DNA of 64,000 bases. Origin: Proteromonas lacertae (Eukaryota). The position numbers and the translations under genes are program-made. Below are positions 13,976-28,686 of this stretch, one piece after another; positions within the stretch are counted from its first letter, which is position 1, and every line of letters begins with the position of its first letter. Location of the stretch: assembly GCA_002245135.1 (NCBI GenBank), contig NGBS01000324.1, positions 1-64,000 on the forward strand, read 5' to 3'. Below the pieces are notes generated by a model that saw only the letters and a list, made by a program, of their open reading frames with translations, did no database searches and had not been told where the DNA came from.

Positions 13976-15028
13976 ATGTTAGATCTATTTAGATATTTTA
14001 TATCTCTTTTAATATTGTCATTTATTTGTTGTGTTATAAATGTGAATTTATTTGGTTTATATTCTGTTAATCATCGTAATGTAAAAACATATAGCCAATT
14101 ATACTCTGTTTCTAGAGAATTAGTAGAAAGAGAAAGTAACTCATTTCAACACTGTATGAAATACAAGTCTTTTAGAAGTTGTCTAAACAAAAATCCAGAT
14201 TATTTTTCAGATTTATATACTAGATCATACTGCCTGAAGTACGATTGTGATAGATCTTTTTATAGCAATTTTCATCTTAATTTTTCTATAATCCTGCATC
14301 CTTATTTTATAAAACAATCTCATGTTATGATTCTCATCCCTATTGCTCCATCTGAGTTGTTATCTCGAATATTAATTAGAGAAACTATTAGAAAATATCA
14401 AAAGATGGGTAATTATATAGTTTCATATATTTTCGTGATGGGTAAACCTGTAGTAAATGATAATTCATATCCTCTACAATACATTTTTGAAGAGAATAAA
14501 GAATTTAATGATATTCTTATGTTTAATTATTATAATTCATACTATTTAATCACTCTACAAGTATTGCTTGGATATAAATACATATTACACCATTTTCCTC
14601 TTGTTAAGTATGTAATTCGTTTAAATACAGATGTGTTTATAATTCCAGAGAAAATATCTTCAATTCTTTCTGATGCATATGATATTTATGGATTAAGTGT
14701 TAATAAATGGTTGGATAGAGGATTTCCAGTCTATCCTCAGGGATCTTTCTGCATATTTTCAACAAAAGCTCTGAGATTAATAATGAATAATCTGTATATA
14801 AGTCAACCAGAGTATGTTGAAGATAGATATATAGGTCAAATATTATCCATATTAAATAAAACTTATTATATTAAAATTATGTGGTTTAATGAAAGTAGAA
14901 TGAATTTGCTTATGGATTATAATAATTTTGTTGATGTAAATGTTAATAAAGAAACAATAGCATTACATCCTTTAAGTGTTGGAGCAATTTCTACTTATTG
15001 GATTTTGTATAATAATATATCTTTATAA
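13976..15028 (+). CDS. Intronless glycosyltransferase family 31 (beta-1,3-galactosyltransferase-like), type II membrane protein
   Basis: It has an N-terminal transmembrane anchor and GT31-like motifs RILIRETI, EENKEFNDIL, KYVIRLNTDVFI, YPQGSFCIFS and EDRYIG. Confidence 0.85.
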   Translation: MLDLFRYFISLLILSFICCVINVNLFGLYSVNHRNVKTYSQLYSVSRELVERESNSFQHCMKYKSFRSCLNKNPDYFSDLYTRSYCLKYDCDRSFYSNFHLNFSIILHPYFIKQSHVMILIPIAPSELLSRILIRETIRKYQKMGNYIVSYIFVMGKPVVNDNSYPLQYIFEENKEFNDILMFNYYNSYYLITLQVLLGYKYILHHFPLVKYVIRLNTDVFIIPEKISSILSDAYDIYGLSVNKWLDRGFPVYPQGSFCIFSTKALRLIMNNLYISQPEYVEDRYIGQILSILNKTYYIKIMWFNESRMNLLMDYNNFVDVNVNKETIALHPLSVGAISTYWILYNNISL

Positions 15029-15124
15029 ATAAATATTTATGTAAATTTCTTTTAATAATAACAAAAAACAATAAAGAATATAAAAAAAGAATAAAAAAGA
15101 AATGAGTTTTATAGTGGAAAGCTT

Positions 15125-18100
15125 TTAAACTTTTATATTAGATTTGGCAGCTTTCATGCCTTGTGGTGGTCTATCATTATTCTTTCTTGATCTACAATAG
15201 CATAACATACACACTACTAATGCTATTACTATTATTACACCACCAACTGCTCCAATAATTATGTAAAGTGTATTACTACTGTTGTTACTATCATCATCAT
15301 TATTTTCTTTTACAATTAATACACCTCTTGATACTTCAGCAAATTCTACATTATTAAGCTTTTTATTTGGAGAATTTGTGAATTCATTTAACACTTTATT
15401 TTTTTCCATCTCACTTATTGAAACTACAGCATTTTGTACATCTTTTGCTATTCCTAATGGTACAGTAACTCTTACTTCTGCTCTTACTATTCTTGTGTCT
15501 AATAATCTTTCATAATAGGACTGTTTTATATTTGTTTCATCGTATAATACTATTGCTATATCTGTTATGTTTACTTCAGGTTTGTCTATTAATTTTACCA
15601 TTATTTGTGCAATTGCTACTATTTCTTCTTCTCCAAATTCACTAAATTGAATTTCTCCTTGTAATGTCACATTAAATACAACTTTACCTACTGATACTTG
15701 TGGAATTGGAGTTGCTTCTACACATCCATCAACTATGCTTCCCCATTCTCCTTCTCCAGTTATATTATTCTTATGACAATATCTGGTTCTAAATCCTATT
15801 TCTGGGTCTTCACACATTATTGCAGCTATTGAACCATAATTCGTTACTGGCCATTCTTCATCAGGTAAACAAGAAGGTTTCGTTGATATTACTGTCAAAT
15901 TGAATTTTAAAAATCCACGTTCATAATTACCATATGTTATTTCAAATGTTCTTTTATCTTCTATTCTTGTTGTTCCTGTTATTACACCTGTTTGACTCAT
16001 TGATAATCCTGGGAAGTTGAATAAATAGTAATTGAATGAATATATATTCTGCATTTCACCATCTAATTTGGGATTTGCTGGTTCTATTGGTTCATTTACT
16101 ATTGCTACTAATGGATTAGTATAAGATAATGATTTAGGTAATGCATAATTAACATTTAAAGTTATTGTAAATGGTTGTTTTCCACCACTATTTATCGCAT
16201 TAATTGTGAAGGTTATTAATCTATTATTGTTCTTGGCTTTTCCTGTTATTCGACCATTACTTTCATCAACAGTAAAACCTTCCATTTCTAATGTAGCTAT
16301 ATTAGTAATCTCTAAACTATCATATTCACCTTTATAGGTTGGAATTCCTGAATCAAATTCTTCTCCAAAATTCACTAATAATGTAAATGGGGAATTGGGT
16401 TTTGTTGGAACATTATATCTCCAATCAGTTACTAAGGGTTTTAATACTGAGATTGTTATTTCAATAGATGTTGAACCACCACTATTAGTTGCTGTTATTC
16501 TGTATACTTTACCTTCTTCATCCAAAGTTGTCGCAGCTCCGGATATTTTTCCTGTCTTTTCATCTATTTCTAATCCACTTGGTAATTTAGGTTCAATTCT
16601 TACTATAAAACCTGTTGTATATTTTCCAGCTGTTATTGTTGCTATATATGTTGTTTCTTCATTCAATTTAAACTTCATTGATTCTGTTCCATATGCTATT
16701 TTATTTGGCTTAGGATAATTTATTGTTATTGTGATTTTAGTATCAACAGATCCTTTTTCATTTATGGCTGTTACTGTAAATTCTGTTTTCTTTAATTCAA
16801 TTTCGGAATTTCCTGATACTTGACCTGTTCTTATATCAAATTTTAAACCATATAATGATACTTCAGGTTCAATTGTAAAACTAGTCGCTGTTCCTTCTAC
16901 TACTGGTTTTTCAGACATTGTAGTCTTTCCCATTGTAAATACCATATTTTCATTCTTATATTTTACTGATTTTGGAGCTGGATAAACCATATAAATCTTT
17001 ATTTGTGTTTTTGCGCTTCCATTGGCATTTCTGGCTGTTATTGTATATGTTAATGGTGTTGATGAATATTTGGTAGCTGATCCAAATATTTTACCTGTTG
17101 ATTTATCAAATTCTAAACCATATTGAGCTAATGTAACTGGACTATAAGAATATTCGATTATATATTCAGCATCCGTTGTAGCTTCACTTGTTTCACTATA
17201 TTCAGTTTGTGTAAATGTGAAATTATTGGAAGTGTATTCTACCTTAGTTGGTTTGGGATAAATTACTTCTAATGATAAATCTGTTGGAGTATCACCTTCA
17301 GCATTACTTGTAATAACTGTAAACTTTACAGCTGGATAAATTCTTGTAGTATATCCTTCTCCTGTTATTTCACCTGTATTATGGTCTAATTTAAATTCTG
17401 AAGGGAAATTTTCTCCTTCTTTAATTTCATTAATTTGACCACTCTTTGTTGGAATTCCAGAACTAAATGTTTCACCAATTATTGCTTTCATTGTTTGACT
17501 TGCATAACCTAAAGTACCTGGTTTTGGATAAACACATTCAATATTAACATCTACTTCTAAACATTCATTCTCACTATTACAACCACTAATTTTTACATCA
17601 CATGTAAATAATTTTGCAGGAGATCCTAAAAAGGACCCGGAATCTTCTATTAACACTAAATTATTGCTACTTAAACAACCACTTTCATCTTTATATGTAT
17701 ATTTAATTATTGAACTATCATAATCACTTGGACCTACATTATTATTAATATCAACATATAATTTCAATTTGTTATTATCTCCATATATTAGTTTAGAAGG
17801 TGGTGCATTTGCTATTCTTATGATTATTTTCACGGAATTACTATCACCACCATCATTAATTGCATATACTACTGCTGTTGTTGATTCTAATGCACTTGTG
17901 GCTGTCCCACTTATACTTCCATCAATTTCACTAAATGTTAAACCACAAGAGCTTATTTTCAATAATGTATCAGGATTCATTGAGAATTTATCTATTACAC
18001 TTCCTTCAGCTTTTCTTGGTCCTTCCACTCTTTTCTCTACACCTATTACAAACTTTACGGAATCTACTTCATAGTTATTAATTACAGGTGGAGGATTTGT

Positions 18101-21100
18101 TACAGCTATGGTTATGGTTGTATTATAGCTACCAGCTTCATTTGAAGCAATTATCACATATGATGATCTCTTTATTACTTTATTTGCAGCTTCAGATGTT
18201 GATATTTTTCCACTTTCTCTATCAACTACAAATGGAAATGGTAATGATGGTTCAGATACAATGGATGTTATATGATCAGATTTTCTTGGTATTTCTGATT
18301 CATATGTTTTACCTATATTTATAGATATATCTGGTTCTTTGTATTCTAATAATGATGGTGCTGGATACATACCTTTCAATGTTATACTTGTAGTCTTTTT
18401 ACCTAAATCATTACTAACTGTCACTGTATATGTTGTACTTTCTAATAAATCTTTTAATTCTCCTTCAATACTACCACTTAATGAATCAATATTTAAATAA
18501 TTAGGTAAAGCTGGATCAATTGTAAATCTCAAACTCGAATCATCTGAATTAATGACTGGACCTGCAATTGAAACATATACACCAACATAAACTACAATAT
18601 TATTTTCTACATATTCTATTTCAGGTGGTTCTCCATAACTAACTGCAAATGAAAATAAAAACTTTGCTTCGCCATCTCGATTGTATGCTTTTAATGTAAA
18701 ATCACTCTTTGATAATGCTTTATTTACTCTTCCACTTAATTTACCAGTTTTATCATCAAATGATAAACCAATATTTGTTAAAATTGATAATGGAATTATT
18801 TCATATTTTACACCTTCTTGTTTTTCTTCTACTGGAATTAATTCAACTGAATCTCCTATTGTATATATATATTTATTTTGAAGATAGGATATTGATTCTG
18901 GTCTTTTATATCTTAAATCTATTGATACTTTCGTTGAAGCACAATTTTCTCCATTACAAGCTTGTATTGTATAATCCAACATTTCTAAATCACTTTTGGC
19001 ATTTATTACAATTATACCTGTTGTTGTATCAAACACTATTCCTTTATCTAATTCATTATTTGGATTTATTTTATATGAACTGGCATGACCAACTACACTT
19101 GGAGTTAATGTTATTTCTTCACCACCTATATAAGCTATTACATTGGATTTATTATATAAAATTGATTCTGGCTTTCCATATTCACATCTAATCTTTATTG
19201 TTACATCATCTCCTTTAGTTTCACCATTATATGGAGTTACTATATATTCAACATCTCTATCTTCTTTTTTACATTTTCCAAATACTTCACCAGTTGCTAT
19301 ATCAAATATTAATCCATAATTTGTTTTTAAACCATCTAAATCATTTAATTCTAGTTTTGTTACATCAGTCTTTTCAGGTATTTCACTTGAACTTTCTACA
19401 TCTATTGTAAATATCATCTTTCCTTCATTTGAATATTTCACTACAGGTATGGCAGTTGATCCACAAGCACTTGCATCTATTATTCCCCATTTTGGAGCTT
19501 TGATTGCTTCATCAAATGTACAATCTCTGGTTTTATTTTTATCATTTTCTTCTCCTATTACACATGGTATTACAGCTTTTTCACCTATTTTTGTAGCTGG
19601 AAATCCGGAATCAATTGGACATGTCACATCTTTCACAACTATATCAAATTCACTTTCAATCGTTCTTGTTCCAACTATTTCTATTGTCATATGATATGTT
19701 TTAACACTTGCATCTTCAGCTATTATACCACTTATTATACCACTTTCATTATCTATACTTAATCCATTTGGTAATTCTTCACTTCCATCTTTTCTTCGGA
19801 ATGATAAACTCAATTCAGAATCTTTCACAAAATTTGGTTCTGCTTTTATACTTGTTTTACCTACATATCCTTCAACTGAGGAATATGTAACTGACGATGG
19901 ATACCATCCTATACATTTATCTCTCTTTACTTCACTATATTCAACTGGTTCAACCATTGAACAATATTTATAGGTATAACCATTATAACCATTTCCACAG
20001 TTATATTGTTTTGATTCACCACCTGGAACTCCAATTCCATATTCATCATTATCATTACATCTTTTACTACAGATTTCTATTTCATCTCCCCACATTGGTG
20101 AACCATTCATATCTAAACATTCTCTTTCATCACCTGCTTCTGTATTAAATCCACAATTTATCTTAGATTTTGTTCCTATATAGGCTGGTGACCATTTTCC
20201 TTCTTTTAAACACATATTATGACAAACAGCGGGCAATAAATCAGTAATTTCACCTCCATTTGATTCAGTTTCAAATTCTATTCTCATTGATTTCATTGGT
20301 TTTAATGAAACATCTTTTGAAACTGTTGATGGAGTAATTCTTCCCAACCTTTCATCATATGATTTACTATTACTTCCAAGTAGATATTTATGATCATTAC
20401 CTTCTCCATTCACTGCATAAATACTAAATTTGTATATCTCTCTAGTTGGACTTCCATTTTTAAAATCATAACTTCTATACATATAAGAATTGTAATATTG
20501 ATAATAATCTTCGCTAAAATCAAATTGTAAATAAGCGTCATTATGTGCTCCTTCAATATACATTTTTGTTCCTAAATCACCATCAATTGTTCTATTCGCT
20601 CCTTGATTGTAATATGGAATTGCTTCTTTATCTCGATAATTTCCTGTTATTTCTGTAACTTCATATGCATCATTTATACAGTTATTTTGACCAGCAGAAA
20701 TATATAAATAATTCATTACAAAACTATCAGGTTTTACTTCATTAGAAACTTTTCTATGGATTTCGATGGCTATTATGTTTCTTCCAATATTGAATAATGA
20801 TATTGGACCTTTCACTCTTCTATTCTTTAAATCATTATTCTCGATTGGTAAGGTCTCAGAGGTTATTTCTCCAGATGGTAAATTATATCGATAATATTCA
20901 TAACCATTTACGTATAATATCATTCCTCCTTCAAATTTACAATTAACAACAAATGAAGCAATATTGGCTATAGTATCCATTTCACCAAAATCAAATTCAG
21001 CTACATAATATCTTGTAACACCAACTAAATCTTTAAACACTGGTCCTTCTAATACTTCACCTTCCAATTTACCACTTTCTTTCCACAAATCACTTGTTTG

Positions 21101-24100
21101 AATACCATCTGAATAAGACCATTTGGTTGAGGGATTTAAATATGTTCGAATATTAACACTCACTGAATTGCCTTCTTCATTTCCACCATGATAATAATCT
21201 CGAACTATTGTTTCTTCATTACCTTCTTCATCTATCATTTTAACATAAATTTCAGCATATTCCCATTTGTTGGTATTTACTTTATTACCAAATTTTAATA
21301 TATATGCTCCACTATTCAAACAATAATAATTAGATTGTGTTCTATCAATAGCTACTTCATCAGCTACTACTCGATCATAATTAGATAAAGTATAATATAA
21401 TTTATAGGGCATTTCATCTTTTGCATAACCTTTAAAATTTTCAGGATAAATAAAAAATGATACTTTAAATTCTTCATATGGACATTGTATTGTAGTTAAC
21501 TCTAATTCAACTTCTTCAGAATCACCTATTTCATTAGTAGCTATCACTTTCAAGGATGTTGATGATGAATCACCAGTAGATATTGTTCCAACAAATGAAC
21601 CAGTCTCTGGATCAAATTCAATACCATCTGGAATAGAACCAATGTAACTATAAACATTGGCACCATTATAAACTAAAACTGGACTGAATGTCATTCTTTT
21701 GTTTATTACATATTCTAAGTGGTTGTCATTTGGATAATTTAATCTTGGCTTCTCATTTGCATGATCAGTTAATTGGAATTTGAAACTTGTATCTTCATTA
21801 AATTCAAAGTATTTGAATAATAATGGTCCATAATATAGTTTTATATAGCCACCTATTGAATTACATTTTATATTCAATGTATATGTCTGTTGGGTTGTTA
21901 TACAACTACCATAACTATAATATGTATTTAATTCTGGGGTTACATCATATCCTTCTGGTGGGAATACTTTTATACCATTTCCATAGGTTATTTCAAATGA
22001 AACATCTTTAGGACTATGATAAATATAATATCCAAATGTAAAATATGATTTACTAGATGGACATCCACTTATACTGATTCTTACTAAAGTGTTTACTGGA
22101 TCTGGATTTGGTGATAAACATGTTATTGTTATATCTTTTTCATATGTAGCCATTGCAACACCACTAATTATACCTGTTCTAGAATTCATTGTTACACCAA
22201 AAGGTAAATCATCAACTCTAAAACCAACACAATTAGTTATATTCGTCGGATTAACATTAATATTTTCACCATTTGAAGCACTTATTATTTGAGGATAAAC
22301 AATTTCACTCTTTTCATTACTTAATACTTCCAACACAAATGATACTCTTTCTACTACTTTGTCTGGTAATGTTACTGATATTGTATAAGTTGTTCTCTTA
22401 ACAGATATTGATGGAGTTCCAGATATTATTCCTTCACTCTTTAAAGATAAACCTGTTGGTAATGGTGGATTTACTTTGAATGTACAATCTGATGTTATAT
22501 TGGTTTGGAATGGAACTAATATATTCTCTTTTATTGCTGTTAATTCATACATCGATAAAAATGACGTTTCATATTGAATAGTTGTTTTAGGTGTATGATA
22601 TAAGAATTTATCAATTGCTTGAGAAGATATATCTAATGCAGTAGAAACTATATTAAATTCTAATTGTTTTGTAATGTCATCACTTCCTTTTGTATAGGTA
22701 ATTCGAATTGGATAATATCTGGATTCTTCAAATTTCACACTTAAGGTTCTTATACCATATCCTTTACCATATTTTTCTAATGATCTCCATTGATCTGGCA
22801 AATATAATCTACAATAATCATAACATTTCATTGTTATTACATAATCACCTGCTTGTTCTACTTTTATAAAACCATTATAATCAGCTATAAAACTATATAT
22901 TGTTAAAACAGAAAATCCATTCCATATTTCATCACTTCTTTCATGATTTGGATATGCGATTGTTTCCATTGTCTTATATACACCTGCAGCTGTTGTTGGA
23001 TCAGTAAAACTATCAACATTTGGATTATCTACTGAATAAACTGTTAAATCTAATCCACTTAATAATCCATTAGAATCATCAATACATAATAATCGAAGTA
23101 TAGTTGTACTAGATGATAAACCATCATCAGTATATGCTGTTATTGTATATTTATCTTTACTAACAGCATTACACGATGAAATACTTCCTTCTATAATACC
23201 TGTATATTCATTAAAACTTAATTCACTTAAACTTGGAGTTATTCTCCATTTAGATGGAACACCATGATAAGATGGAACTAGTTTCAACTGTTGACCACTC
23301 TTTATTATAAATGAATCCGATGAATATGTTAGATGTTGAATAAGAAAACCGCCACGATACATCATTTCACTCATATCTTTATAACTTGTATCATCTTCAC
23401 CTTCTTTCTTTATTTTCATTTCTACAGTATTAGCTCCAGCACCTAAACCTAATATTAATCCAGTATAAACATAACCAGGTTTCAAATTCACAGTCGCTGT
23501 TTTAGCATCATTCCAATTAGCTGTTGGTGTTTTAAAATCATCAAATCCAGGAAGAATTACATTACCATTATCATCAATTTTATACCATAAAACATAATTA
23601 CCTGCTTCATTAATCTTCAAATATCCTTCTGCTCTTATTAAAGTATTTTGACAAATAACAAAATCAGGTGGACATTTCTCTGGATATATTGATCTTGTCA
23701 TTACAGTTGCGCTTCCTTCAATACTTTTCTTTCCTGTTAATACATCATTCCATTGATCACTACTGAATTTTTGATAATCATATGGTGTTGTTGCTAATGC
23801 TCTAAATCCTTGAAGTAAATTGTTTTCATTGTTTCTTTTAAACTTCAAATGAACTTCAATATTATTTTTACTACCTTTTACCATTATAATACTATCTATT
23901 CCTTCTGTTGCTATTTCATTTGTTATAAATCCACTTATTGCTCCTGTATTTTCATCCAATACTAATCCATCAGGTAATGGGTTAGATGGACTACTACACA
24001 TTGATGTATAATAACCAATACATTTTGGACCTGCTATATCAACATACATTTTGTATAATTTCAATTCATTATTATCAAATCCATAACTACAACTTTCTAA

Positions 24101-27100
24101 TTCAGGTAAAGATGTAATTCTTAATTTCACAATCTGTTCATAACCATCTGCTGATACAAATGTTATTGTATATTCAACATCAAATTCACTTTCAACTCGA
24201 CCAGTTATTGCACCAGTTGTGTAATATTTCCAACCACTCGGCAATGATGGTTCGAATCTTATTTCTTTTGGATTTGAATCACAGGAACATTGAATATCAA
24301 CTTCATCAAATAAATCAAAGAAATATTCATCTTCTTTATATCGACAATTTGTTTGTACTTTTGAATGACATTGTGATTTATCTATTTCACTCCATTGAGG
24401 ATCACCATTTTCATCTAATTTACATTCTCTTGTCATTTCACCAAAGAATTCTTCTCCACATGATATATTTAACACTTTATTAATCTCAGTTTCTGGCCAA
24501 ATACCATCTTCAGAAGCTCCACATTTAGCCATTTGGATTTCTAATGTTATTGGTCTAGAAACAGTTTTTGCTGATGGATATGCCTCATTCGTAGCAGTTA
24601 TTGTATATGTCTTTGATTCACTCACTTCATTTGTTTTACCATAGATTCTTCCACTTAATTGATCTATTTTTATTCCTGATGGTAATTGTGGATCAGATGT
24701 GATTGTTGTGGTTGTTTCTCGGTCAACTGATAAAAACGCTCTATAAGTTGGAACTTCTTTACCCACAAAACCAATTACTTTATCTTCAGATAAATCAAAC
24801 CAAAATCTTTCTTTTTTACATGTATTTCCTACATCAGCTTGTAGAGTTGCAACACCATTCACATTTCGACATTCTCTTACTATTCTTACTGGTTCAGATA
24901 TTTTGGTTCTTTCAGGAGATTGTTGACCTTCTGGACATGTCAAATATCTTGAAGTTCCCATTGGAATATCACCTTCACATGTCTTTGGATAATTACAAAA
25001 ATATGGTCTTATACCACCAACTCGTAATACTGTAGCTAAACCATCATCATCAAGTCCACGACTGGTAATATTGAATAAATAATAACTATATCCTTTCATA
25101 TTTGACATGTAATAGTTTATATCTTCATTTGCTCTTGTTTCAGCATGTCTTCTAATGGATTGTAGCACTTCCCAATTATTATCATCATTTGAACCTAATA
25201 CATCCCAATCAACTGCATATCTGTTCCAATTAGCATCAATACCTTTCATTGAATAATAATTCACAAGAGTTGGCATATGGTAATGATATTTAAACCAAGT
25301 ATTACCATAAGCATTATAACTTGAAAAATCATAAAAGAATTTGTTGGAAGAATCATATAAAGTACCAGCAAAACCACCTGTTAATTCAAATTCACCAATT
25401 TTACTATCACTTACTGCATCTCCTGTACTTGCAAATGCTGTAATCTTTACATCATTTACAGATAATACTTTTGAACAACTATTAACTCCTAAATGATACA
25501 TATCGATTATAGTTTTATCACTACTTCCTTTCATTGATTCTTGAATATGAATTTCAAATGTTATTATATTATTAGTATCATCAGTCTTTAAAATAGAGTG
25601 AAGGAATGCTACTTCAACAGTTTGAACATCACTTTTTCCTATACTTTCAGTCTCAGATGTATATTCATCAGGTAGATTATTAATATAAACAAGATTATTA
25701 TTAATATGAACAACTATACCACCTGCATATGTTAATTTCAATATCATTCCATCACTTAAATCATAGGTTGAAGTTTTGAAGAAAGCTTTATAGTATTTGG
25801 TTATTTCTTTATATTCACCAAGTGCTGTTGTTGCTGCTACTGGAACTCCGTCTGTATTAGTTGAAGTCTTCCAATCATCCTTATATTCAAATGTATAATA
25901 ATACATTGTTACATCAAATGCTTTATAATTAATAAAGAAATCAGTCACTGCATTTTTTTCTGGGATTAATTTTGTTATTGTACTTGTACCATCTGAAGTA
26001 ATCTTTACATCAGCTGATGAACCTAATGTATAAGTAGCTTTATAATTGCCTATTGTATCGCAGAATGGATATTCATATGGTGAGGTATGGATTTTACTAA
26101 TACTGAATATACTACTTCCATCACTCTTAGATATATCAATTGATGAAGTATTTCTATCATTTTCATTTATATTTGCTACAAGTTTGAACAACTGTTTATT
26201 ATCACCAGAATCTTTACAGAACTTACTATTCAATTTCAATTGAGTTACATTACTAATACCATAGTCATTTGAACCTTGAATATCAAATTTAAAATTCATT
26301 ATCGTAGAACTTATTCTTCCATATAATGCACCAGTCTTTGTATCAAATTTCAAACCTATTAAATCATAACCACCTGTAAATGTCTTTACACCATTCTTTA
26401 TGCTAATTGGAGCTATGTAATAATAAAAACCATATATCAATGAATCAATCTCTGGATAGATAATTTCTGGCTTTTCTTTACCTGGGAAATCTATTGTAAT
26501 ATCTCTAACATCATTGAAATCTTTCACTTTATCACTAAACAATATCATATCATAACCCATATATATTTCAATTTTACCTCCACTATTTGCATTACTATTT
26601 ATTGATAATGTCATTGCTGTTGTATTATCTTTAATACATGCTTTACCTATTAAATCATTTCCTATTATATTCTCACTTACAAAGTATTCTTCTTCACCTT
26701 GTTTCAATGTTAACTTTGTACCTTCACTTTCCATTCTATATCTAATAACTATTAAACTATAAAGACATTCATATTTGAAGTTAAATTCTATTTCAAATTT
26801 GCTTACTCCATTGATTGTATAACCATAAATGATTGATATATGCTTCATATTAACTTCTGTTGCAATTCCACTAATAACTCCATCTTCACTCAGAGTTATA
26901 CCAGCTGGTAAATCTACTGTATGATATTTTATTTCTTCATTAGCTGTGCTTGGACTACAAGTTACACTATTCATTTCAATATCAACAAAACCATTAACTG
27001 TATTTGTTGAACATGAAAATTGTGCAGATTTTGCATTATATTCTTCAATACCAATATCTAATTGACACGATAAATCTGGTGCACTTCCATCTACTGACTT

Positions 27101-28686
27101 CGCTGTAACTACATATTTCTTAACTGATGTTAATTCTTCAGCATAACCAGTAATAATACCTGTTGTTGGATCAAATCTCAATCCTGATGGTAAATCTGGA
27201 TAAATAGAATATGTAAACTCTTTCTCAGAATACATATTTCTTGGCACATTTGCTGGTATTGGAGTCATATATGGATATATTGCATACATTAATGAGTATT
27301 CTAAATGACCATAATAATAATGATGAACCAAATTTGGACCCATAAATCCTCCAGGATTAGAAGTGGTTCCTACAGCAACATGTATTTCATATCTTAATTT
27401 ATTATTAGGACCAGAACCACGAGCCATTGAGTATTCAAACACATTAAAACCAATGTTTCCTACCAGATTTGGATTACCTAAAGTACAAGCAGCATCTGAA
27501 TTATAATCCCAATGATATTCTTTTTTATCTATACCATAGATATGTGCATGTGCTGCACCAGTACGAAGCATTACTATTCTGGTATTAGTAGCACCATGAT
27601 AATTAATTGATTTAAATGCAACTTTTTGTTCTAAATTCCATCCGTATTCTGGCCATAATAATGAACCTTGTGTATAGTTAATATAATCTCTTGAAGCTAT
27701 GTATTTCAATACAGCTGAACTTAAATCTTGACTTCGAAAATTTACATCACATTTTGCATTTTCAAACTTGTAAATGTATAATAAAAAACCTCCTTGAAAA
27801 TTTCCATGTTGATTTTCTACATAACTGAATTTAACTGTTGTTTTACTTTTACTAAACAAATTACTGGCACTAATAGTTATATCAAATTCTGTTGTACTTG
27901 GCATTGCTGTAAAACTACCTGATAAAGTACAAGTATTAGGATCTAAGGTTAATCCAGTTTGAAATGGAGTTGAAGCTTCACATCCTGTTATTGTTCCTAT
28001 ATAGTTTGTTGGTTTGAAACTTACAGGTATACCTTTTGGTAAATAATATGTCTTTGATGGATATTGAAAATATTGAATTGGGCTTGAACCAACATTCGAG
28101 CCTACACTTAATTTTATTGGAATATCAACTGTAGAAATACCATCAGTGCAGGAGATTAATACATCAGTTTGTTCAACTGTGTCTGTTGGTCCAGTAGTGT
28201 AGATTTTACCGTCTGAATCTAAAGTAACTCCGTTCAACATGTTCTCAGAAGTACACAATGTTATAGGTGCATCACATCTTGGTGGTTGTATAGTAAACGC
28301 TTGAGATGATGAAATAGAAATACCTTCTTCTGTAACACCATAATCACATTTAGTAAGAGTTCCTGTTACTACTAAATTAACATTACCTGTAAAATGATTT
28401 TCTTCAGTTACATAATCAATTTTGTACTGTTTCTTAAAAACAATTGATTCTGCTTTACCAGAAATGACGCATATAGGCGAAATATTTAATCCTGGTGGTA
28501 GTGGAGGAGTAATAACACATGATGTGATAGAAGCAGGACAGGTAACGGCTGTGGCAGATCTTTTTTCTACACTTGATAGTATTAAAAGATCAGTTGAAAC
28601 ACTGCAATCGGCAGAGACAAAGGCTACAATACAAAAATTAAAATTATAAGCATACCTAAGAGTAATAAAAGCGATAAAGAAAACAT
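15125..28686 (-). CDS. Giant type I membrane protein (~4,509 aa): many putative Ig (He_PIG-like) repeats, PA14-like, galactose-binding/discoidin-like and HRM-like Cys modules, TM and short tail
   Basis: Exon 1 is 28686..28656, followed by a 32-nt intron (28655..28624) and one 13.5-kb exon. The signal peptide is MFSLSLLLLLAFVSA. Repeats resemble LPSGLxxDxxTGxISG. The TM is YIIIGAVGGVIIVIALVVCMLCYC. Confidence 0.92.

Noticed and set aside
15900..19900. CRISPR-like or DNA-level tandem array
   Set aside because: The periodicity exists only at the protein level (diverged ~90-aa Ig-like repeats); there are no identical nucleotide repeats with spacers.
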